From contig CAVOIC010000001.1 of assembly GCA_963695985.1 (NCBI GenBank), positions 33,188 through 97,187 on the forward strand: 64,000 bases of DNA, in the 5' to 3' direction. The number at the start of each line of letters is the position of its first letter. Position 1 is the stretch's first letter. Below the pieces are notes generated by a model. That model ran no database searches and was not told where the DNA came from. It saw only the letters and a list, made by a program, of their open reading frames with translations. Origin of the DNA: an uncultured Gammaproteobacteria bacterium. Lineage in GTDB: Bacteria; Pseudomonadota; Gammaproteobacteria; Steroidobacterales; Steroidobacteraceae. Made by a program: the position numbers and the translations under genes. Below, in pieces: positions 34,573 to 43,650 of this stretch.

Positions 34573-35358
34573 GTGGGCCGCGGTATGCGTACTGACAGTG
34601 AACGGTTGAGCATCACGGTTACGGGAATTTCGGATCTCGACGAGATCCGCCCGAGGGATGATCTGGGTTCTCTCCTGGCCGCAGCCCTCGGCCGGCTGAC
34701 TGTGCGTGTTCGCGCCCACGATATTCTCGTCGTAGCGCAGAAGATCGTCTCCAAGGCGGAAGACCGGTTTGTCGATCTCGGCACGGTCGAAGTATCGGAG
34801 CGCGCCCTGGAGCTCGCCGCAGTGACGCACAAGGATCCGCGCCTGGTCGAGCTGGTTCTCTCGGAATCGACCGAAGTATTGCGTGCCAAGCCCAACGTCC
34901 TGATCGTGCGGCATCGACTCGGCTTCGTCATGGCCAATGCCGGTATCGATCGCTCGAATGTTGGTGGCCGTGATCGCGCTTTGCTCCTGCCGCGGGATCC
35001 GGATGCGTCCGCCGCAATGCTCCGCACCTCTCTCGAGGCTCGTCTCGGCATTGCCATCGGGATCGTGGTGGCGGACAGCTTCGGTCGCGCGTGGCGCAAC
35101 GGCGTCACGAATGTCGCGCTCGGGGCCGCGGGGCTCCCCGCCCTGATCGACCGCCGGGGCGAGCTCGATCGCAACGGCCGAACACTCGAGGTTACGGAGA
35201 TCGCGTTCGCTGATCTGGTCGCATCGGCTGCCGGGCTCGTCATCGGTGAAGCGGCGGAGAGCTGCCCCGCGGCGCTGGTACAAGGCCTGTCCTGGCACGC
35301 GCCAAGCGTGCCTGCGAGCGCGCTTATTCGCCCGCTATCAGAAGATATGTTTCGATGA
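34573..35358 (+). CDS. cofE: Coenzyme F420-0:L-glutamate ligase (CofE only, no FbiB C-terminal nitroreductase domain)
   Basis: DILVVAQKIVSKAEDRFVDL...LIVRHRLGFVMANAGIDRSNV is the CofE signature. The product is 261 aa. An alternative ATG start lies at 34585. Confidence 0.9.
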   Translation: MGRGMRTDSERLSITVTGISDLDEIRPRDDLGSLLAAALGRLTVRVRAHDILVVAQKIVSKAEDRFVDLGTVEVSERALELAAVTHKDPRLVELVLSESTEVLRAKPNVLIVRHRLGFVMANAGIDRSNVGGRDRALLLPRDPDASAAMLRTSLEARLGIAIGIVVADSFGRAWRNGVTNVALGAAGLPALIDRRGELDRNGRTLEVTEIAFADLVASAAGLVIGEAAESCPAALVQGLSWHAPSVPASALIRPLSEDMFR

Positions 35359-35368
35359 GCCCACAGGC

Positions 35369-36322
35369 ATGAGTGAAGGTTCTGTCGTGGTGCTCACTGG
35401 CGGGATTGGGGGTGCCAAACTCTGCCTCGGGCTGCAGCGCGTGCTCACGTCCCGCTCCTTGTCGGTGATCGTCAATACCGCAGATGATTTCGAGCATCTT
35501 GGCCTGCGGATTTCGCCGGATGTGGACACGACGCTCTACACGTTGGCAGGTCTCGCAAACCCGGATCTCGGTTGGGGCCGGTGCGACGAGACCTGGACCT
35601 TCATGCGCGTGCTCGAGACGCTCGGGGGCGAGACCTGGTTCAGATTGGGCGACGGTGATCTTGCCCTGCACGTCGAACGCACCCGCCGGCTTGCAGCGGG
35701 CGAGAGCTTGAGTACGTTCACCGCCGATGTTGCCCGGCGTTTCGGCGTCAGGACGCGCATCCTGCCGATGAGCGACGATAGCGTGCGCACGATCGTGACG
35801 ACGCCCGCGGGGGAGCTCAGCTTTCAGGAGTACTTTGTGCGCGCGCGCTGCCTTCCTGTGGTCGGCCGCTTGCACTTTGCGGGCGTCGATGACGCGCGCG
35901 TTCCACCGGGCATCAACCAGGTGCTGCGCGACGCAGAACTGCGCGCCATCGTGATCGCGCCATCCAATCCGTATCTCAGCATCGATCCCATCCTTGCGCT
36001 TCCAGGCATGCGCACAGCGCTGCGAGCCGCCGGCGTACCGATCATTGCGGTTACACCCATTGTCGGCGACGTCGCCATCAAGGGTCCGACCGCGAAGATC
36101 ATGACAGAGCTCGGGCTCAGTCCCTCGCCGCTCACCGTGGCCGAACACTATGACGGTTTGCTCGATGGCTTTGTGCTCGACGAACGCGATGCGCGATTCG
36201 CCACGCGCCTCAACGTGCCCGCTCGGATGTGCGACACACTCATGTTGACGCTCGAGGACCGTGAGCGTGTCGCGCGCTGCGTACTGGAACTCGCCGCTAC
36301 GGCGCACCCGCGACGCGCGTAG
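35369..36322 (+). CDS. cofD: 2-phospho-L-lactate transferase (LPPG:FO transferase)
   Basis: From ATG 35369 the sequence reads VVVLTGGIGGAKLCLGL...IVNTADDFEHLGLRISPDVDT..Y.LAG...GWG..DETW, the classical CofD N-terminus. Confidence 0.9.
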   Translation: MSEGSVVVLTGGIGGAKLCLGLQRVLTSRSLSVIVNTADDFEHLGLRISPDVDTTLYTLAGLANPDLGWGRCDETWTFMRVLETLGGETWFRLGDGDLALHVERTRRLAAGESLSTFTADVARRFGVRTRILPMSDDSVRTIVTTPAGELSFQEYFVRARCLPVVGRLHFAGVDDARVPPGINQVLRDAELRAIVIAPSNPYLSIDPILALPGMRTALRAAGVPIIAVTPIVGDVAIKGPTAKIMTELGLSPSPLTVAEHYDGLLDGFVLDERDARFATRLNVPARMCDTLMLTLEDRERVARCVLELAATAHPRRA

Positions 36323-36402
36323 CCCCCAGCAATCCGGGCGGCGGAGGACGTATTATCGGCCTCCAGCTCGATCATGGCCCAAACGGTCTGAAGGGAACCG
36401 GC

Positions 36403-36801
36403 ATGAACACCTACCTCATCTGTTCGGCGATCCTGGTGCTTCTGTACTTCGTGCTCGCCTTCAATGTCTCGCTCTTGCGCGGGCGGACGAAGACCAGCAT
36501 CGGACCCGGTGATGATCCCTCGGGTCCTCTGGGCAAGGCGTATCGGGCGCACGGCAACGCCGCCGAATACATTCCGATCTTCGTCGCGCTGTTTCTCTAT
36601 TTTCTGATGTCGGGCGCGGGAGGTTGGGTCACGTGGGTGGTCATCGGCGTCACCGCCAGTCGTATCCTGCATGCCATGGGCATGCTGATGTCGGCCGGAT
36701 TCAAGGGGCCGCCACATCCTCTGCGTGCCATCGGCGCGCTGGGAACGTACCTCGGCGGCCTCGCACTTGGCGTAGCGTTGCTGATGCGCGCGTTCCTGTG
36801 A
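36403..36801 (+). CDS. MAPEG-family membrane protein (microsomal GST-like)
   Basis: The 132-aa product has 3-4 TM segments and the motif RAHGNAAEYIPIFVALF. Confidence 0.8.
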   Translation: MNTYLICSAILVLLYFVLAFNVSLLRGRTKTSIGPGDDPSGPLGKAYRAHGNAAEYIPIFVALFLYFLMSGAGGWVTWVVIGVTASRILHAMGMLMSAGFKGPPHPLRAIGALGTYLGGLALGVALLMRAFL

Positions 36802-36862
36802 AGCGCGCACACAGAGCCTGTCACTCACTCACGCCAGCCCTCCGGTCTGCGCTTGACCGACA

Positions 36863-37225
36863 CTAGCGCATGCATACCGCCTCGATGTTGTTGCCGTCGG
36901 GGTCGAGCAGGAACGCGCCGTAGTAGGTGGGGGCGTATTCCGTGCGCAGACCGGGTCGTCCGTTGTCGCGTCCACCGGCCTTGAGGCCCTCTGCGTAGAA
37001 GCGATCCACCGTTGCGCGGTCTGCGGCGCGAAACGCCACGTGCACGCCAGCGCCAGTCGGAGCCTTGACGGTGCCGAGCCAAAATGCAGATTCGCCCTTG
37101 GGGCCGAAGCCCGCACTCGACTCGTCATGTGAATTGAGGACGTGGCCGAGAGTCGCGAGCGTTGCCGTATAAAAACGCACGCTGGCCTGGAGGTCTTTCA
37201 CTTTCAATCCGATGTGGTCGTACAT
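36863..37225 (-). CDS. VOC-family protein (glyoxalase/bleomycin-resistance/dioxygenase fold)
   Basis: MYDHIGLKVKDLQASVRFYT... and ...YGAFLLDPDGNNIEA are typical of the fold. The product is 120 aa. Confidence 0.8.
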   Translation of the reverse strand: MYDHIGLKVKDLQASVRFYTATLATLGHVLNSHDESSAGFGPKGESAFWLGTVKAPTGAGVHVAFRAADRATVDRFYAEGLKAGGRDNGRPGLRTEYAPTYYGAFLLDPDGNNIEAVCMR

Positions 37226-37313
37226 GCTGGCCTCCCTTGAGATTCAGCCCATCCTAGGCGGATCGCTGGAGGTACTTCTTGGAGAATCTTGCGACGGGTT
37301 CGGAAATGCGGGG

Positions 37314-38153
37314 CTAGTCCGCGTCGCGGGGCTGCCGCGCGGCCTTCAGGCTACGAGCGAGGAGTCGCGCACCTCCCATGTGCGTCGCCAGCGGCGCGAA
37401 CGCGTCGGTCGGTCCGCGCCATCTCAATTCCTCGACGTCGTCAAACAGTTCGGCATCGCTCCTGAGCGTCGCCAGATCCTTGAACAGGAGCGCCAGTTCC
37501 CGCTGCTCACCGAGCACGCTCGGCGGGAAGTCCTCGATGCCGCCGTAGCGACCAATGAGACGTGCCGCGGTCGCCCGACCGATTCCCTCCAGGCCTGGAT
37601 AACCGTCTGCAGCGTCACCGACGAGGGCGAGGAAGTCCGGGATCAAGGCCGGCTCCACGCCGAACTTCTCGCGAACGCCCTCGGCATCACGAATCTTCTG
37701 CGAACGGCGATCGACCTGCACCACTCGATCACCGCGCACGCATTGCGCCAGATCCTTGTCCGGCGTCCAGATGCAGACCTTCTGCACCCGTGCATCGGCC
37801 GAGGCAATCCGGGCGGCCGAAGCGAGTGCATCGTCCGCCTCCAGCTCGCTCATGGGCCAAACGGTCACGCCCATGGCGGCAAGAGCCTCTTCGAGCGGGT
37901 GAAATTGCGCGAACAGCACCGGTTCGATGCCATCGCCCGTCTTGTAGCCTGACCAGAGCCGATTGCGGAAGGATTCGATGACGTGATCAGTCGCCACACC
38001 GAGGTGCGTGGCGCCCTCTTCGAACATCTGCAGTACAGTATTCAACACTCCAATTACGGCGCCGAAGGGCGCATCAGCGCCCTTGTTGAAGCGGCGCAGG
38101 CCATAGAAATGCCGGAACAACTCGTAGGTGCCGTCAACGAGGTGAACGATCAC
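37314..38153 (-). CDS. 5'-3' exonuclease / flap endonuclease family protein
   Basis: A PIN-like N-domain (VHLVDGTYELFR, EADDALAS) and an H3TH region (GYPGLEGIGRATAARLI) are present. The start is GTG. Confidence 0.85.
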   Translation of the reverse strand: MIVHLVDGTYELFRHFYGLRRFNKGADAPFGAVIGVLNTVLQMFEEGATHLGVATDHVIESFRNRLWSGYKTGDGIEPVLFAQFHPLEEALAAMGVTVWPMSELEADDALASAARIASADARVQKVCIWTPDKDLAQCVRGDRVVQVDRRSQKIRDAEGVREKFGVEPALIPDFLALVGDAADGYPGLEGIGRATAARLIGRYGGIEDFPPSVLGEQRELALLFKDLATLRSDAELFDDVEELRWRGPTDAFAPLATHMGGARLLARSLKAARQPRDAD

Positions 38154-38310
38154 GAAACGCCTCTGTCGAGAGAATCCTGGGAACGGACGCCATCTTGGCC
38201 GCTGCCGCTCGGGGCAGGGCGTGTACTTTTAGTCGAGCACGAAAGGAGCCGGGAAGGGAAGTCCCATTCACACCGGGTCAGCCGACCGATCGACGAACAG
38301 GAGAAGGAGC

Positions 38311-39018
38311 ATGTCATCAGGTACCCAGCCAATGCCCAAGGTCGTCTCGCAAGAGGAATGGCGTGCGGCTCGTAACGCGTTGCTCGCCAAAGAAAAGGAA
38401 TTCACACGTGCGCGGGATGCACTCGCTGCAGAGCGGCGCCGTTTGCCCATGGTACGGATCGACAAGGCCTACGCCTTTGATGCTGCGGGCGGCAATGTGT
38501 CGCTGCTCGACCTGTTCGAGGGACGAACACAGTTGCTCCTGTACCACTTCATGTTCGCGCCAGGCGTGGATGGCTGGCCATCGGCCGGCTGCCCGGGCTG
38601 TTCGATGTTCCTGGACAACATCGGTCAGTTCACGCTCATTCACCTGCGCGCACGCGATGTATCGTTCGCAGCGGTGTCGCGCGCGCCGCTGGCGAACATC
38701 CAGGCGTATAAGAAGCGCATGGAATGGGCTGCGCCCTGGGTCTCCTCCGCCGGCAACACGTTCAACGTCGATTTTGGCCTCACCACCAGCGACGACGAGC
38801 TGCACGGGCTCAGTGTCTTTGTGCGCGATGGCGACGATATCTTCCGGACCTATTTCACCTCTGCTCGAGGTCTCGAGGCGGTCGGCAGTGTGTGGACGTT
38901 CCTCGACCTCACACCTTACGGGCGCCAGGAAGAATGGGAGGACTCACCGCCGGGCTGGCCGCAGACTGCGCCGTATCAGTGGTGGCGTCGTCACGATGAG
39001 TACGGCAACGCGCAGTGA
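38311..39018 (+). CDS. DUF899 thioredoxin-fold protein
   Basis: VSQEEWRAARNALLAKEKEFTRARDALAAERRRLPMV, LLLYHFMF and GCPGCS are characteristic of DUF899. Confidence 0.85.
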   Translation: MSSGTQPMPKVVSQEEWRAARNALLAKEKEFTRARDALAAERRRLPMVRIDKAYAFDAAGGNVSLLDLFEGRTQLLLYHFMFAPGVDGWPSAGCPGCSMFLDNIGQFTLIHLRARDVSFAAVSRAPLANIQAYKKRMEWAAPWVSSAGNTFNVDFGLTTSDDELHGLSVFVRDGDDIFRTYFTSARGLEAVGSVWTFLDLTPYGRQEEWEDSPPGWPQTAPYQWWRRHDEYGNAQ

Positions 39019-39115
39019 TCTGCTGGAGGCACCTGTTGGCGCCGCTCGTCCACGGTCGTAGGACTACGCCGGCAGTCGGACCCAACCGTAAGCCGGCGCG
39101 CGCAGCCATTTGCCG

Positions 39116-39814
39116 TCACTGCATCAGGACGTTCAGGCCGAGCGTCACCCAGGGCGCGTTATCGATAGCATCGTCGTAGCCGATCAGCACATCGACGTCC
39201 ACGGAATCGCTGAGCGCGTAGTTGAAGCCGAGCTGACCGACACGCAGGCCGTCATCCTGGGCGTAGAACTCCGCTATCAGCGAGAAGTTCTCTGCCAGCG
39301 CGTGCTCGATGCCCACGCCGCCGGTGGCTCTGCCGCGTGCGCCGCGCAGCTCAAGCCAGCCAAGATTGACGTGTACCATGAGACGATGTTCCTCATCCAG
39401 GCTAAAACTGGCGGGCACATTGACCGTCCAAGCCACGATGCGGTCGGTTTCGGTGCTGTAAGTGATGCCGGCAGAGGTCCCAATATCGAACCGATCGCCC
39501 TCAAAGTCGCGCCACAAGTGTTTGGCGTCGAGACTCAGAATCGGCCCGTACTTTGGGCCAAAGAACTGAGTGATGCCGAGACTGAACTCCGTGTCGAAAC
39601 GATTGCAGGCGGGAGCGATGCTCAACTGCTGCCCCGGCGAAAAGGCTCGCACCCAGGTCTCGATCTGACAGCGGCCTGCCGGGGTAACCGTCGCATCGTC
39701 AACGAGCAGGCTGCCTCCGGCGTGCGCACCGGCGCCAAACAGGAGGACCATGCAAGCGCTGAGGAGCCTGATGCGATGACCCAGGTCAGAGGTTCTTGCT
39801 CGCGGTGCAAACAC
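39116..39814 (-). CDS. Putative outer-membrane beta-barrel protein
   Basis: A signal peptide is present (LLSACMVLLFGAGAHA). Alternating amphipathic beta-strand patterns run throughout. No specific family is recognised. Confidence 0.5.
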   Translation of the reverse strand: MFAPRARTSDLGHRIRLLSACMVLLFGAGAHAGGSLLVDDATVTPAGRCQIETWVRAFSPGQQLSIAPACNRFDTEFSLGITQFFGPKYGPILSLDAKHLWRDFEGDRFDIGTSAGITYSTETDRIVAWTVNVPASFSLDEEHRLMVHVNLGWLELRGARGRATGGVGIEHALAENFSLIAEFYAQDDGLRVGQLGFNYALSDSVDVDVLIGYDDAIDNAPWVTLGLNVLMQ

Positions 39815-39881
39815 GCACGCGCCGTATGCCCCAACCCTTGTTCAAAATCAACCTTGTCGCCGGGAAACTCCGATCAGAGCT

Positions 39882-40256
39882 GTGATTGCCAATAGCCGGC
39901 GCCTCGCACCGGTGGCCGTTGCCTGTCTCGTGCTCTGGGCGTGTGTACCGCTCGCGGGTCGCGAGTCGCGGGCCGCCGAATCGAGCCTTGGCTGCATGCA
40001 GCGCGTCCGTGACGAGCGGCTTCCGGTGGGCGTGGACGATGACACGAAGCATTGCGTTGCGGCAGGCCTGATCGCTCGTTACTGCAGCCGTGCTGAGGCC
40101 TGGATGGCCAGCTATGGCAAAGAGATCGAAGATGCTTTTGGGCACGGTGATGCCCAGTGGAGTGACATCAAAGCTGACCGACGCGGGGTGACTTGCGCAC
40201 GCGCGGCCAGCACCGATGAGCAGTTGCGTCACGTGTTGCGAGTCGCTCAAGGGTAG
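39882..40256 (+). CDS. Secreted hypothetical protein (Cys-containing, 124 aa)
   Basis: There is an N-terminal signal-like segment (LAPVAVACLVLWACVPLAG). The mature part has four Cys. No family is recognised. Confidence 0.45.
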   Translation: MIANSRRLAPVAVACLVLWACVPLAGRESRAAESSLGCMQRVRDERLPVGVDDDTKHCVAAGLIARYCSRAEAWMASYGKEIEDAFGHGDAQWSDIKADRRGVTCARAASTDEQLRHVLRVAQG

Positions 40257-40397
40257 CAACCAGTACCCGTAGGCTCTCGGTACTTTGCCGGCCAGCCCGA
40301 GTAAAGTACTCTCTCACCTCGGCGCAGCAGTCGGTTTCCCCTGGCACCCGAGCCGGCGCGCGACTGCGGACCGTCGCCCACACAGAAGGAAATCACG

Positions 40398-41426
40398 ATG
40401 AGCGTACAGGCGCCCAACGCCGAACGGCAGATCTGGATCTTCACCCAGATGTTGCGCATCCGCGCATTCGAGGAACGCGTCAAGCGGACCTTCACCGAAC
40501 ACCCGGGCGTGATCCGCGGTCATACGCACCTGGCCGACGGAGCCGAGGCGTCGATCGTCGGCTCGCTCGCCCACTTCCGGCCGGGCGACGCCGCGCTGGC
40601 GACCTACCGCTGTCACGGTTACCCGCTCGTTCTCGACAGCGACCCGAAGGCGATGATGGCCGAGATCTACGGTCGCGCGGACGGTTTGTGCAAAGGCCTA
40701 GGCGGGTCCATGCACTTGACCGACGTCAAGCGCGGCTTTCTCGGCACGTCGGGCATCGTCGGCGCGGGCATTCCCCACGCCGCAGGCGCCGCCTGGGCCG
40801 CGCAGATTCGCAAGAAGGGCGAGGTCGTCCTTTCCTTCTTTGGTGACGGCGCCTCAAAGCAGGGCGCCTTCCACGAGACGCTCAACATCGCCTCGCTGTG
40901 GAAGCTGCCGGTGATCTTTGTGATGGAGAACAACGGCTACAACGTCGTCACGACCACTGCGCAGGAAGACGCGAATGCCGCCGCCGGCGAGCCGCTGTCG
41001 ATCAAGGCGAAGGCCTACTCGATGCCCGGCGTGACCGTCGACGGCTTCGACCCGTTGGCCGTGTTCGCCACGGTCGGCGAGGCGGTCGAGCGGGCCCGCG
41101 CAGGTAAAGGCCCTACGCTGGTCGAATCGAAGGTCTACCGTCTGTCGGCGCACGGGAACATCATCGCTCCTCCTGGCGTGCCGCTGCACTACCCCGAGCA
41201 TGAAGCGATCACGGTGTTCGGCAAGCGCGAAGAGTACGAAGCAGCCCTGCGCGGCGACCCGGTTCCGCGCTTTCGCGGCGTGTTGGTGAAGAGCGGCGTC
41301 TTGAGCCCCGGCAAGGCCGACGAGCTCGCGGCGCAGGCGGCCAAGGAAATGGACGCAGCCGTCGCGTTCGGCCTCAAGAGTCCTTTCCCCAAGCTCGAGT
41401 CCGCGCTCGAGAACGTCTACGCATAG
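40398..41426 (+). CDS. Thiamine-diphosphate-dependent 2-oxoacid dehydrogenase E1 alpha subunit (set 1)
   Basis: The TPP-binding pattern GDGASKQGAFHETLNIASLWKLPVIFVMENNGY and the motif GLGGSMH are present. Confidence 0.9.
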   Translation: MSVQAPNAERQIWIFTQMLRIRAFEERVKRTFTEHPGVIRGHTHLADGAEASIVGSLAHFRPGDAALATYRCHGYPLVLDSDPKAMMAEIYGRADGLCKGLGGSMHLTDVKRGFLGTSGIVGAGIPHAAGAAWAAQIRKKGEVVLSFFGDGASKQGAFHETLNIASLWKLPVIFVMENNGYNVVTTTAQEDANAAAGEPLSIKAKAYSMPGVTVDGFDPLAVFATVGEAVERARAGKGPTLVESKVYRLSAHGNIIAPPGVPLHYPEHEAITVFGKREEYEAALRGDPVPRFRGVLVKSGVLSPGKADELAAQAAKEMDAAVAFGLKSPFPKLESALENVYA

Positions 41427-41439
41427 GCTGGAGTGACCC

Positions 41440-42408
41440 ATGGCACAGCTTCCGTTCATCGCCGCAATCGATGCGGGCATCCACCAGGAGATGCGGCGCG
41501 ATCCGAGCGTCCTCTACTTCGGCCAGAACATGGCGACGACGGAGAACCATGAGTTCGTCGCCGCCTATGGACACGACCGCGTGCGGGTGACGCCCATTTC
41601 CGAGACCGCGGAGATCGGCATCGCCATCGGCGCGGCCTTGGCGGGCCTGCGCCCGGTCGTCGAGCTCTACATGGCGGAGTTCATGCTCGTCGCCATGGAC
41701 CAGGTCGTCAACGAAGCGCCACGGTTCCGGTACATGTCCGGCGGGCAGGTCAAGGTGCCGCTCGTGCTCAAGGCTGGTTTCGGTTTCACGGCGGGTTGGG
41801 CGGGGCAGCACACGGGCTCGCTGACCGCGATGTTCATGGGCGTCCCCGGCCTCAAGGTCGTCGTCCCGTCCACCGCCGCGGACGCCAAGGGGTTGATGGC
41901 GACGGCGATTCGCGATGACAACCCGGTCGTCTTCCTGCACCACTACATGCTGACGCTTGAGCCGGGCGAAGTGCCCGACGGCGAGCACCTGGTCCCGTTC
42001 GGCAAGGCCGAGGTTCGCCGTTCCGGCGGCGATGTCACGATCGTCGCCACCGGATGGATGGTTCACCGCTCGCTCGCCGCAGCCAAGAAGCTCGCCGACG
42101 AAGGGATCCAGGCGGAAGTGATCGACCCGCGCACCGTCGCCCCGCTCGACCTGCAGACGATTCTCAAGTCCGTCGCCAAGACGGGGCGGCTCGTGCTCGT
42201 CGATCAGGCGCCACGCCATGTCTCAGTGAGCGGCATCATTGCTGGCGATGTCGCCGAGCACGGCTTCTCGTCGCTCAAGGCGCCAATCGTGCAGGTCACG
42301 GCGCGCGACGCGACCGTTCCCTACAGCGAGCCGCTCGAGGCTTACGTGATCCCGGACGAGGAGCGGATCATCGCTGGCGTCCGAAGCGTGCTGAAGGGTC
42401 GCCGGTAG
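41440..42408 (+). CDS. 2-oxoacid dehydrogenase E1 beta subunit (set 1)
   Basis: The transketolase-like pyrimidine-binding and C-terminal domains are present (RVTPISETAEIGIAIGAALAGLRPVVE...). The gene starts 13 nt after the alpha subunit. Confidence 0.9.
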   Translation: MAQLPFIAAIDAGIHQEMRRDPSVLYFGQNMATTENHEFVAAYGHDRVRVTPISETAEIGIAIGAALAGLRPVVELYMAEFMLVAMDQVVNEAPRFRYMSGGQVKVPLVLKAGFGFTAGWAGQHTGSLTAMFMGVPGLKVVVPSTAADAKGLMATAIRDDNPVVFLHHYMLTLEPGEVPDGEHLVPFGKAEVRRSGGDVTIVATGWMVHRSLAAAKKLADEGIQAEVIDPRTVAPLDLQTILKSVAKTGRLVLVDQAPRHVSVSGIIAGDVAEHGFSSLKAPIVQVTARDATVPYSEPLEAYVIPDEERIIAGVRSVLKGRR

Positions 42409-42444
42409 ACTTACCGGCGGCCTGCCAATCGCGGCGTACCGCCG

Positions 42445-43644
42445 CTACTGCAACCGCCAGTCGAGACCCTCGAGCCGCTCGACGAGGCGCGCGAGGAACT
42501 CCGAGGCCATGCGTCCGTCAGCCACGCGATGATCCACGGTCAGCGTGAGCTCGGACAGCGGGCACACCTCGATGCTTCCATTGCGCGGCACGACGCAGTT
42601 TCGTTGCCGGCCGACGGCAAGAATCGCTGATTGCGGCGGATTGATCAGCGCGGTGAAGCGGTCGGGGCCTTCCGCGCCGAGGTTCGAGATGCTGAACGTC
42701 GCGCCGTCGAGCTCTTCGGCCTTCAATCGACCCTGCAGGGCGCGCTCGACGCAATCCGCGCGGCGGCGCGCGAGCTCCGCGAGGCTGAGCCGCTCGACAT
42801 CGTGGAGTACCGGAACGAGCAAGCCGTCCTCCACGGCGACCACCAGGCCGATGTGCGCTCCACTTGCCGGCACGATGCGCGCGTCGGGCGAGTCCGGATC
42901 CCCCGAGAACGTCCCGTTCAACGCGGGAAACTCGATGAGTGTCCGTGCGACGGCCTGAAGCAGGAAGTCGTTCACCGACAGCTTGGGCGAGCCTTGCGCC
43001 AGCTTCGCGGAGAACTCGCCACGCACGGCCTGCAGCACGGTCCAGTCGACCGCACGCTCGACCGTGAACTGCGGAATGGTCGCGTTACTCAGAGTCATCG
43101 CGCGCGCCATTGCGCGGCGCATCGGTGGCAGCCGTTGCAATGCTGGCGCGGGAGCAGGCGATGCCTTTCCTCCTGCTTGCAGGTCGACAGCTCGCCTCAC
43201 ATCCTCGAGTTGCACACGTCCCCGCGGTCCCGATCCTGCGATCCGGTCGAGATCGAGGCCGTGTTCGGCAGCAAGCTTGCGTGCGACGGGAGAACTTCGG
43301 ATGCGCTCGCCGACGTGCGCTTCGAACGTGGCGGGCGAGGGCGGCGCAACTTCAGGCTCGTTGGTCCGGGGCTTTGGCGCCGATGGGCCTGCAGGCTGGG
43401 CCGCTCCCGTCTCAATCCAGGCGATCTGGTCGCCGACACTCGCCTCCTGATCCACCTGCACCAGGATTTCCGTCAGGCGCCCACTGACCGTCGCCTCGAT
43501 TTCGACGACCGACTTTTCCGTTTCCACTTCGACCAACGGCTCCCCCTGCGTCACGGTGTCGCCCACGCTCTTGAGCCAGCGAGTGACCCGGACCGCCTCC
43601 ATCACGAGCCCGACTTTAGGTATTTCCTGCGCAACCAAAGTCAC
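42445..43644 (-). CDS. Dihydrolipoamide acyltransferase E2 component
   Basis: A lipoyl domain (VEVETEKSVVEIEA), a peripheral-subunit-binding domain (SPVARKLAAEHGLDLDRIAGSGPRGRV) and a catalytic domain with DHRVADG are present. Confidence 0.9.
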   Translation of the reverse strand: MTLVAQEIPKVGLVMEAVRVTRWLKSVGDTVTQGEPLVEVETEKSVVEIEATVSGRLTEILVQVDQEASVGDQIAWIETGAAQPAGPSAPKPRTNEPEVAPPSPATFEAHVGERIRSSPVARKLAAEHGLDLDRIAGSGPRGRVQLEDVRRAVDLQAGGKASPAPAPALQRLPPMRRAMARAMTLSNATIPQFTVERAVDWTVLQAVRGEFSAKLAQGSPKLSVNDFLLQAVARTLIEFPALNGTFSGDPDSPDARIVPASGAHIGLVVAVEDGLLVPVLHDVERLSLAELARRRADCVERALQGRLKAEELDGATFSISNLGAEGPDRFTALINPPQSAILAVGRQRNCVVPRNGSIEVCPLSELTLTVDHRVADGRMASEFLARLVERLEGLDWRLQ

Positions 43645-43650
43645 GTTTCG

